This document shows, piece by piece, positions 17,441 to 24,608 of a DNA stretch of 24,608 nucleotides. The notes beneath the pieces are model-generated. The model was not told where the DNA came from and did not search any database. It worked only from the letters and a program-made list of their open reading frames with translations. Both the position numbers and the translations under genes were made by a program. Position 1 is the stretch's first letter. Every line of letters begins with the position of its first letter. The DNA is from Candidatus Zixiibacteriota bacterium (lineage in GTDB: Bacteria > Zixibacteria > MSB-5A5 > CAIYYT01): assembly GCA_040235515.1 (NCBI GenBank), contig JBECKX010000027.1:1-24608 (forward strand), written 5' to 3'.

Positions 17441-18481
17441 GTGAAGAGACAGTTTCCACTACTGCTGGTATTCCTCAGCGGTGTTTTCATGGTCATCCAG
17501 TACTTCGTGCCTGCCGGGTTTTCGGAAAAGGCATACGAGTTCCTGATTGACTGGACGATCATCATCGGCATCTTCGCGCTCGCGCTCGGGATCTGGTCAT
17601 TGGTCAGAGTGAGTTATCACAAGATCAAGACAGGGCATCCGGATGCCAAGTACTCTATGGTCACCCTTGCGGGTCTGGCGCTGATGCTCTTTTTTGGGTT
17701 TCAGTTCCCCGGCTATGACTACAAAGAGGTGTATCGGGCGTCGCAGGCGAGAGACTACATCGCCACGAACTTCAATAACGCCGGCGCCGCCGCCACGGAG
17801 AAGGTGTTCCTGCCGGAGAATGACACACTCTCGATCGATGTGGCCACTCTTCGGGCGGAGTTGCCGCAGTTCGCCGATTCGGTAGAGCACTGGGTCGAGC
17901 TGTTTCAGACCTCTGATTGGTTCGAAGGCGCTGATAATGAAGCCGAAGATCTGGCCGCAGTGACTGCTGCCGCAGAAGAGCTGCGAGCCATGGTCGCACA
18001 ATATGATGGAGTGAGCCGGGCAGATACTGCCACCCTCACCGCCCTCGGTGCGCAGATCTCCGGGATCTCAGAGCGGGGAGCGGAAGCGGCCAACCGCCTG
18101 GATGGCATCACCGATGTCTATCCTTTCACCGGTGGGCTTGAAAGCTACATGTTCAGGGCTTTCTTCGAACATATCATGATTCCGATCCAGGCTACGATGT
18201 TCAGCTTGCTGGCGTTTTACATCGCTTCAGCGGCATATCGAGCTTTCCGTGCACGCAACCTCCTCTCGACGGTGCTGCTGATTGCGGCATTCATCGTGAT
18301 GGCGCGCGTGCTCGAGATGGGTCCTTTGACTGATCTGGTGAACAAGCTGTCCGCCTGGGTGCTGCTGGTGCCCAATCTTGCGGCGAAGCGAGCGATCTGG
18401 ATCGGGGTCGGGCTGGGAATCGTTGCAACTTCACTCAAGGTGATCCTCGGTATCGAGCGGTCATACCTGGGAAGGGACTAG
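17441..18481 (+). CDS. Module protein B3 with a large soluble insertion
   Basis: GTG start after GGAGG; MKRQFPL, ATMFSLLAFYIASAAYRAFRARN, KRAIWIGVGLG, LGIERSYLG; 346 aa versus 221-223 aa for B1/B2. Confidence 0.85.
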   Translation: MKRQFPLLLVFLSGVFMVIQYFVPAGFSEKAYEFLIDWTIIIGIFALALGIWSLVRVSYHKIKTGHPDAKYSMVTLAGLALMLFFGFQFPGYDYKEVYRASQARDYIATNFNNAGAAATEKVFLPENDTLSIDVATLRAELPQFADSVEHWVELFQTSDWFEGADNEAEDLAAVTAAAEELRAMVAQYDGVSRADTATLTALGAQISGISERGAEAANRLDGITDVYPFTGGLESYMFRAFFEHIMIPIQATMFSLLAFYIASAAYRAFRARNLLSTVLLIAAFIVMARVLEMGPLTDLVNKLSAWVLLVPNLAAKRAIWIGVGLGIVATSLKVILGIERSYLGRD

Positions 18482-18491
18482 GAGGTCTGTG

Positions 18492-19376
18492 ATGGAAGAA
18501 GTGAAGAGGCAAGGTCCGAAGAACTTCAATGAGAAGCTGATGAGCATGGATCGGCGCTGGGTGTTCCTGGTGCTCGGTGTGGTCGTTATTGCCGCGCTGC
18601 TTACCGGGATCAAGGCTCCGCTGTCGATTACACAAGAAGTGCGCGACGTCTATAATTTCGTCGAGGGACTCAAAGAAGGTGACAATCTGCTGGTGGCGAT
18701 CGACTACGATCCGAACGCCAAAGCGGAGTTGCACCCGATGGCCTACGCCATCCTCGAGCAAGCAATGGCGAAGAAGCTGAAAGTGATTACCCTGACGTTG
18801 TCTCAGAACGGCGCCGGTATGGCCGAGCAGGTCGTGCGGGATGTCGTTGACTCGGTGTCCACTTATCATGGGTTCAGCCCGGAGTATGGGAAGGACTATG
18901 TGTTCCTCGGATACCGTCCCTACTATGCGCTCGTGATTCTCGGCATGGGACAGAACTTCCGGATTCCGTATCCCACCGACTACTACACGACGCCACTTGA
19001 TTCGCTGCCGATGATGCGGCGCATCCAGAACTACAACCAGGTGACAGGTGTAATTGATATCACCGGCAGCAATGTTGCGGATGCCTGGGTCGCAAATGCA
19101 AATGGTCGTTATGGTGTCAAGGTTGCTTTAGGGTTGACCGGAGTCTCGGCCGCGGACTACTATCCCTTCTATCAGTCGAAGCAGATTTTCGGGCTGATGG
19201 GTGGAATGAAAGGTGCGGCTGAATATGAAAAACTCACCGATAACCCCGGACTGGCTATGGAGGCAATGGGAGTGCAAACGTACGCACACCTCGTGATTAT
19301 CGCGTTTATCCTGATTGGTAATATCGGGTTCTTCCTGGATAAGCGTGCACGCAAGCAGAGAGGGGAGGCGGTCTGA
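18492..19376 (+). CDS. Module protein C3
   Basis: AGGAGG SD at 18480-18485 favours ATG 18492; RRWVF, DYDP...ELHPMA, YGKDYVFLG, PTD...DSLP, GLMGGMKGAAEYE, AH...FILIGN. Confidence 0.85.
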   Translation: MEEVKRQGPKNFNEKLMSMDRRWVFLVLGVVVIAALLTGIKAPLSITQEVRDVYNFVEGLKEGDNLLVAIDYDPNAKAELHPMAYAILEQAMAKKLKVITLTLSQNGAGMAEQVVRDVVDSVSTYHGFSPEYGKDYVFLGYRPYYALVILGMGQNFRIPYPTDYYTTPLDSLPMMRRIQNYNQVTGVIDITGSNVADAWVANANGRYGVKVALGLTGVSAADYYPFYQSKQIFGLMGGMKGAAEYEKLTDNPGLAMEAMGVQTYAHLVIIAFILIGNIGFFLDKRARKQRGEAV

Positions 19377-20047
19377 TGGTTCCCCTTGATCAACTTCTCT
19401 GGCAGGCGTTTGCCGTATTCCTGACCTTGTCGGTGTTGTCGTTCCTTTACAAGGACAACGCCTTCTACAAGTTTGCCGAGCATATCGTGGTCGGCGTCTC
19501 TGCAGGATACTTCGTTATCATTCTCTATTACAATGGTCTGAGACCGAACCTGTTCGATCACCTTTTCGAGCAAAACACCTGGGACCCGAAGGCGGGGCAG
19601 CTCTACTATATCGTTCCGCTCCTGCTGGGCCTGATCATGTGGGCGCGCTTTTCCAAGAAGTGGTCCTGGATCAGCCGCTATCCGATCGCACTCTATATCG
19701 GTATCGCGACCGGTGTTTCGATTCCGCTCGAGATGAAGAATCGTGTGATTGAGCAGGTCCGAGGTACGGTTCTTGAAACCGGCTTTGATTTTGGCAAGAC
19801 CGGGATGCTGGGGCTCCCGAGCGGAGTTTGGGATGTTGTTCTTGTCGTGCTGGTGGTATGCTCCCTGATCTATTTCTTCTTCTCGAAGGAGCACAAGGGC
19901 TGGTTTGGCGGGATTGCCAAGGTTGGCATTTACACTCTGATGATTGGCTTCGGAGCGTCGTTCGGTTATACCGTGATGGCGCGTTTGTCGCTGTTCATTG
20001 ACCGTGTCCAGTTTGTGAAGAACTGGGTTGAGCTACTGATAAAGTAA
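19376..20047 (+). CDS. Module protein D3
   Basis: TGATG overlap with C3; SFLYKDN, VGVSAG, WISRYP, YFFFSKEHKGWFG, FGASFGYTVMAR. Confidence 0.85.
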   Translation: MVPLDQLLWQAFAVFLTLSVLSFLYKDNAFYKFAEHIVVGVSAGYFVIILYYNGLRPNLFDHLFEQNTWDPKAGQLYYIVPLLLGLIMWARFSKKWSWISRYPIALYIGIATGVSIPLEMKNRVIEQVRGTVLETGFDFGKTGMLGLPSGVWDVVLVVLVVCSLIYFFFSKEHKGWFGGIAKVGIYTLMIGFGASFGYTVMARLSLFIDRVQFVKNWVELLIK

Positions 20048-20182
20048 ATAGGGGAGTTAGGAGGTGCACTAAGAACTGTTAGAAGTCCGTTAGAACGTTC
20101 TACCGCGTAAGCTTTTGAATGCTTTTAGTTTACAAGGTGTGAAAACTTTTGTCAAAAAAGTGAAATTTGTGTAAAAATCCAG

Positions 20183-20211
20183 TTGACACGGTAAGTGCAA
20201 CGCGTTAAATT
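20183..20211 (+). promoter_or_regulatory. Sigma70-type promoter upstream of the small basic ORF
   Basis: TTGACA (20183-20188), 17-nt spacer, TAAATT (20206-20211), preceded by A/T-rich tracts resembling an UP element. Confidence 0.75.
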
Positions 20212-20316
20212 AGTTGCATGTCGGGCATCGAAAAAAACCGCTAAAAGTCGATCTGTGAGGTCGAGTTTTTTGGGCCGTGTCGTGTAAATCGTTAACTTTT
20301 GCCACGGAAGGCGGGG

Positions 20317-20640
20317 ATGGCAAAAATCAATCTTACGAAGACCAGGCGAAGTCGCAAGGAGCCTCTCTCACCTGAGGAGGCTAAGCGGCGGCGGCGGGAG
20401 TACCAGCGCCAATACTACTTGGCTCACCGCGAGAAAGCCAAGGAGTATCAACGCCAGTACAACCTGCTGCACAAGAAGAAACAACGTGTACCGGGGGCGA
20501 AGGGGAAGAATGCCAAGTCGTATCAGCGGGAGTCTGAGAAGACGACCTACAATACTCACGACCTGATGCATGCTCCCGCCGAGAAGACCCTCAAGATACT
20601 TCAGAAGATCATTGCAGGTGAAAAGACATTCACCATGTAG
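20317..20640 (+). CDS. Small, highly basic hypothetical protein (107 aa)
   Basis: Only sizeable + ORF between a promoter and a hairpin; G/C-ending codons like neighbouring genes; ATG 20317 after AAGGCGGGG (alternative TTG 20299); EYQRQY occurs twice. Confidence 0.7.
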   Translation: MAKINLTKTRRSRKEPLSPEEAKRRRREYQRQYYLAHREKAKEYQRQYNLLHKKKQRVPGAKGKNAKSYQRESEKTTYNTHDLMHAPAEKTLKILQKIIAGEKTFTM

Positions 20641-20683
20641 GGGTTTTATCTTAGCATAATTCCAACCGGTGCAAACACTTACT

Positions 20684-20745
20684 AAAGTGCTGCTGTATAA
20701 CTCTTGAATCTTAAGATTTTTGCGGCAGCACTTTTGTTTTTGTCT
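20684..20745 (+). terminator. Probable intrinsic terminator after the small basic ORF
   Basis: AAAGTGCTGCTGTA (20684-20697) pairs with TGCGGCAGCACTTT (20721-20734) using two G-U pairs and is followed by TGTTTTTG; the 23-nt loop is unusually long. Confidence 0.55.
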
Positions 20746-20800
20746 TGGACTTTTGTATATTAGCTCGAAATTTGGAGGCAATTTTGAACGGGGTTGTTAA

Positions 20801-23800
20801 ATGACACCGAAAGCGACCAAGACAAAAGCCAAGAGTAAGAAGGCCCAAGCCAAATCTTCGAGGAAATCCGGCGCCAAGAAGTCGGCCGCGAAGAAACCTA
20901 CCTCAAAATCTACAAGCAGGAAAACGGCAAAGAAAGTGACAACCAAGGCTAAATCAACCGGTAAAGCCGCCGGGAAATCCACCCGCAAGGCTTCAGCTAA
21001 AACCTCAAGCAAGACAAAGACTTCCAGAGAAGACTCAACGATTGCAGCCGCCAAAGCCGCTACCAGGCCACGGCGAATCGGCGTAAAGGCCTCGGCCCCA
21101 AGCGACAATCAACCCCAGGAGCATCGGGCCAAACTCGACGATTCCACTAAGTATATCTACTCCTTCGGTGGCGGTAAAGCCGATGGTGAGGGCTCAATGC
21201 GTGAACTGCTCGGCGGCAAGGGGGCAGGATTGGCCGAAATGACCAATCTCGGAGTGCCGGTCCCGCCCGGATTCACGATTTCCACCGAGGCCTGTCGGCT
21301 CTTCTACGACAACAACCTCGCACTTCCGAAAGAGTTCGAAAAGCATATGCAGGCTGCGATGAAGCAGCTGGAAAAAGAGATGGGATCGAAATTCGGCGAT
21401 GCGGAAGATCCGCTGCTGGTCTCGGTGCGGTCCGGCGCGAAGTTCTCGATGCCGGGTATGATGGATACGATCCTGAACCTCGGTCTGAACGATGAGTCAC
21501 TGCAGGGTATCATCAACAAGACCGGCAACGAACGCTTTGCCTACGACAATTACCGCCGCTTCATCGCGATGTTCGGTAATGTCGTACTGGGAATCGACAA
21601 GGATGAGTTCGAGGAACTGATCACCAAGAAGAAGAAACAGCGCGCGATCAAGCATGACTCTTCGCTTTCGATCGAAGACCTGAAAGATATCGTTAAGAAT
21701 TTCAAGAAATTGGTACAAAAGAAGTCTGGTGAGCCGTTCCCGACAGATCCGTGGGACCAGTTGCGGATGGCGCGTGATGCCGTGTTCCGCAGTTGGAATT
21801 CTCCGCGCGCGATCACGTACAGGGCCAAGTACGAGATCCCGTCTGACCTGGGCACTGCTGTCAACGTTCAGGCAATGGTGTTCGGCAACATGGGTGAGAC
21901 TTCCGCCACCGGTGTCGGGTTTACCCGTAATCCGGCTACCGGAGCTAACGAGTTTTACGGAGAGTTTTTGATCAACGCCCAGGGTGAGGATGTGGTGGCG
22001 GGTATCCGGACGCCGCAGCCGATCAAGGAGCTGGAGAAGGAAATGCCCAAGGCGTTCGATCAGCTCAAGAAGATCACCGCGAAGTTGGAGCATCATTACC
22101 GCGACGTCCAGGACTTCGAGTTCACGATTCAGGAAAACAAGCTTTACATGCTGCAGACCCGCACGGGCAAACGTACCGCGCAGGCGGCAGTGAAGATTGC
22201 TGTCGATATGGTGAAGGAGGGTCTGATTACGAAGGAAGAAGCGCTGATGCGTTTAGAACCCTCCGACCTCGATCAGCTTCTCCACCCGCGCATCGACCCC
22301 GATGCCGAGACCGAGACGATCGCCAGGGGTCTGGCGGCATCACCCGGTGCGGCTTCCGGTAAGGTAGTCTTCCACGCCGACGAGGCGGTTCGCCTCAACG
22401 AGCGGGGCGAGAAGACGATCCTCGTGCGGATGGAGACAAACCCCGATGATATCGCCGGAATGATTGCCTCCGAGGGTATCCTCACTTCGCGCGGCGGTAT
22501 GACCTCGCACGCTGCAGTTGTGGCACGCGGGATGGGAAAGCCATGCGTCGTGGGTTGTGAAGATATTCGCGTGTACGAGTCGCGCCGCCAGTTTGCGATC
22601 GGTACGCTTGTGGTTAAGGATAAGGAGATCATTACGATCAACGGTACGACCGGTGAGGTGATGCTCGGCGAAGTACCCACACTTGAACCAGAGCTCTCGG
22701 GTGAGTTCGGTGAGTTTATGGAGTGGGCTGATGAACTGCGTGTTCTCCAGGTGCGCACCAATGCCGACAATCCGGAAGACTCGACGACCGCGCGCCGGTT
22801 CGGCGCCCAGGGAATCGGACTTTGTCGTACCGAGCATATGTTCTTCGGAAAGAACCGCCTGCCACATATCCAGGCGATGATCCTGGCGACGACACAATCG
22901 GATCGACAGACCGCGCTCGACAAGCTGTTGCCATTCCAGAAGTCAGATTTCAAAGCGATCTTCGAGGCGATGGAGGGTTTGCCGGTTACGATTCGCACGC
23001 TCGACCCGCCGCTGCATGAATTCCTCCCGAATGAGGAAGAACTGAAGCAGAAGCTCGCCGAGATCAGTGATGACCCGGACAAGTATGAAGAGGTCGAGAA
23101 GATCAAGAAGATGCTCGAACGGATGGAAGAGCTTGAGGAGCAGAATCCGATGCTGGGTCATCGCGGTTGCCGTCTCGGGATAACTTATCCGGAGATCACC
23201 GAAATGCAGGTAAAGGCAATCATGATGGCTGCGGCTGATCTGATCAAGCAGGGCAAGGAAGTCTATCCTGAGATTATGATTCCGCTGGTTGGCAATAAGA
23301 ACGAGTTGGCGCACCAGAAGGAAGTTGTCATGCGCGTCGCTGAGTTCGTCTCGCGCAAGTCGAAAGTTGAGATTCCGTTCCTGGTGGGAACTATGATCGA
23401 GATCCCGCGCGCAGCGTTGACCGCCGACGAGATCGCCAATGAAGCGCAATTCTTCAGCTTCGGCACCAACGATCTGACCCAGATGACGATGGGTTTCTCG
23501 CGTGATGATGCCGGCAAATTCCTGCGCCACTACTACGAGAAGGAAATCCTCGAAAAGGATCCGTTCGTCACGCTCGATCAGGAGGGTGTTGGTCAACTCG
23601 TAAAGATGGGTGCCGAGAAGGGACGTGCTACGCGCCCGGACCTTAAGGTCGGTATCTGCGGCGAGCACGGTGGTGATCCGAAGACGATCGAGTTCTGCCA
23701 TAAGCTTGGTTTGAATTATGTGTCCTGTTCACCGTTCCGTGTACCGATTGCCCGCCTTGCGGCGGCACAGGCGGTGATACGCGAGAAGTGGGAAGCCGGC

Positions 23801-23953
23801 GATCGTGAGAAGCCGAGCGGCAAGCCGTCAAAGTCATCCGGCAAATCGTCTTCGAAGTCAAGAAGCAGCAAGGCTGCGGCCAAGCCCAAGAAGGCAGCCA
23901 AGGCTGCGACTGCCAAGAAGTCTGCACCTAAGAAGAAGGCGAAGAAGAAGTAG
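20801..23953 (+). CDS. ppdK: Pyruvate, phosphate dikinase with Lys-rich N- and C-terminal extensions
   Basis: KYIYSF, LLGGKGAGLAEM, PLLVSVRSGA, MPGMMDTILNLGLN, NAQGEDVVAG, phospho-His motif GGMTSHAAVVARG, GIGLCRTEHMF, SFGTNDLTQ, GICGEHGG. Confidence 0.97.
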   Translation: MTPKATKTKAKSKKAQAKSSRKSGAKKSAAKKPTSKSTSRKTAKKVTTKAKSTGKAAGKSTRKASAKTSSKTKTSREDSTIAAAKAATRPRRIGVKASAPSDNQPQEHRAKLDDSTKYIYSFGGGKADGEGSMRELLGGKGAGLAEMTNLGVPVPPGFTISTEACRLFYDNNLALPKEFEKHMQAAMKQLEKEMGSKFGDAEDPLLVSVRSGAKFSMPGMMDTILNLGLNDESLQGIINKTGNERFAYDNYRRFIAMFGNVVLGIDKDEFEELITKKKKQRAIKHDSSLSIEDLKDIVKNFKKLVQKKSGEPFPTDPWDQLRMARDAVFRSWNSPRAITYRAKYEIPSDLGTAVNVQAMVFGNMGETSATGVGFTRNPATGANEFYGEFLINAQGEDVVAGIRTPQPIKELEKEMPKAFDQLKKITAKLEHHYRDVQDFEFTIQENKLYMLQTRTGKRTAQAAVKIAVDMVKEGLITKEEALMRLEPSDLDQLLHPRIDPDAETETIARGLAASPGAASGKVVFHADEAVRLNERGEKTILVRMETNPDDIAGMIASEGILTSRGGMTSHAAVVARGMGKPCVVGCEDIRVYESRRQFAIGTLVVKDKEIITINGTTGEVMLGEVPTLEPELSGEFGEFMEWADELRVLQVRTNADNPEDSTTARRFGAQGIGLCRTEHMFFGKNRLPHIQAMILATTQSDRQTALDKLLPFQKSDFKAIFEAMEGLPVTIRTLDPPLHEFLPNEEELKQKLAEISDDPDKYEEVEKIKKMLERMEELEEQNPMLGHRGCRLGITYPEITEMQVKAIMMAAADLIKQGKEVYPEIMIPLVGNKNELAHQKEVVMRVAEFVSRKSKVEIPFLVGTMIEIPRAALTADEIANEAQFFSFGTNDLTQMTMGFSRDDAGKFLRHYYEKEILEKDPFVTLDQEGVGQLVKMGAEKGRATRPDLKVGICGEHGGDPKTIEFCHKLGLNYVSCSPFRVPIARLAAAQAVIREKWEAGDREKPSGKPSKSSGKSSSKSRSSKAAAKPKKAAKAATAKKSAPKKKAKKK

Positions 23954-23980
23954 GCTCTGCTTAAACTTGGAACTACTGTG

Positions 23981-24015
23981 GCCGCCGGACGTTTTCGTTC
24001 GGCGGCTTTTTTCTT
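23981..24015 (+). terminator. Intrinsic terminator after ppdK
   Basis: GCCGCCGGACG-TTTT-CGTTCGGCGGC (11-bp stem, one G-U) followed by TTTTTTCTT. Confidence 0.9.
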
Positions 24016-24067
24016 GATTGCTCCATATGCGGCAGTCGCGGTTGATGCCCCCACCATAAATGGTGGA

Positions 24068-24608
24068 CCGGGTACCCCAGCCCTTGGGCTGGAGAATTCT
24101 GAATCCACCTCCCCAACCCAAGGGTTGGGCTACCCCAATGATTGCGTGCGCAGGCAGGCCAAGCTCCGTTGGAACTTGACACTCGCGCTGAACCGTTCGC
24201 TAACCTACCGCCTCAAAAAGTCCGGGTACCCCAGCCCTTGGGCTGGGGAATTCTGAATCCACCTCCCCAACCCAAGGGCTGGGCTACCCCAATGATTGCG
24301 TGCGCAGGCAGGCCAAGCTCCGTTGGAACTTGACACTCGCGCTGAACCGTTCGCTAACCTACCGCCTCAAAAACTCCGGGTACCCCAGCCCTTGGGCTGG
24401 GGAATTCTGAATCCACCTCCCCAACCCAAGGGTTGGGCTACCCCAATGATTGCGTGCGCAGGCAGGTCAAGCACCATTGGAACCTGACGCCCGCGCCGAA
24501 CCCTTCGCAGCCTATCGCCTCAAAAACTTGAACGGGTACCCTAGCCCTTGGGCTGGGGAATTCTGAATCCACCTCCCCAACCCAAGGGCTGGGCTACCCC
24601 AATGATTG
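24068..24608. repeat. Tandem array of ~154-bp units, each with an inverted REP doublet (REPIN/BIME-like); truncated by the window end
   Basis: Units start at 24068, 24222, 24376 and about 24532 (periods 154, 154, 156). Each has GGGTACCCCAGCCCTTGGGCTGGGGA, a 14-nt spacer, then TCCCCAACCCAAGGG(C/T)TGGGCTACCC, the near reverse complement. Confidence 0.9.

Noticed and set aside
8643..20047. Interpretation as ABC, TRAP, Rnf/Nqr or Na+-decarboxylase genes, or as an assembly duplication
   Set aside because: No ATPase, flavin, Fe-S, biotin-carrier or DctM-type motifs were recognised, and the copies are too diverged at DNA and protein level to be an assembly artefact.
20137..20156. Rex operator (TGTGAAAACTTTTGTCAA)
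   Set aside because: Only the left half matches TTGTGAA-N4-TTCACAA; the right half is poor and the region is generally AT-rich.
23858..24487. Short ORFs overlapping the terminator and repeat array
   Set aside because: They are by-products of the repeated unit, lack SD sites and cross a clear terminator.
24068..24608. CRISPR array
   Set aside because: The sequences between palindromes are near-identical rather than unique spacers, the unit is about 154 bp, and no cas genes are present.

Overview
Gene-dense bacterial window with moderately high GC and every supported gene on the + strand; lineage cannot be fixed from sequence alone. (1) 1-8312: end of a probable CCA-adding/nucleotidyltransferase gene, then a central-carbon cluster of sucC, sucD, a four-subunit 2-oxoacid:ferredoxin oxidoreductase (delta-alpha-beta-gamma), ndk, a LarA-superfamily racemase/epimerase and mdh, closed by a hairpin. 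(2) 8452-20047: a sigma70-type promoter followed by 12 genes, which are three diverged tandem copies of an uncharacterised four-gene membrane module (A = FN3-like ectodomain + DUF6754-like domain; B and D = polytopic membrane proteins; C = membrane-anchored alpha/beta protein). By eye, A and C look like distant homologues in opposite membrane orientations and D has a three-fold internal repeat, suggesting an undescribed transporter or signalling complex. This is the main candidate novel system. (3) 20183-24015: a small basic orphan gene with its own promoter and terminator, then ppdK and a terminator. SucD and PpdK both carry long histone-H1-like Lys/Ser/Thr/Ala tails. (4) 24068-24608: a ~154-bp tandem array of inverted GTAG-type REP doublets running off the window end. 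All assignments come from manual motif reading; no searches were run.
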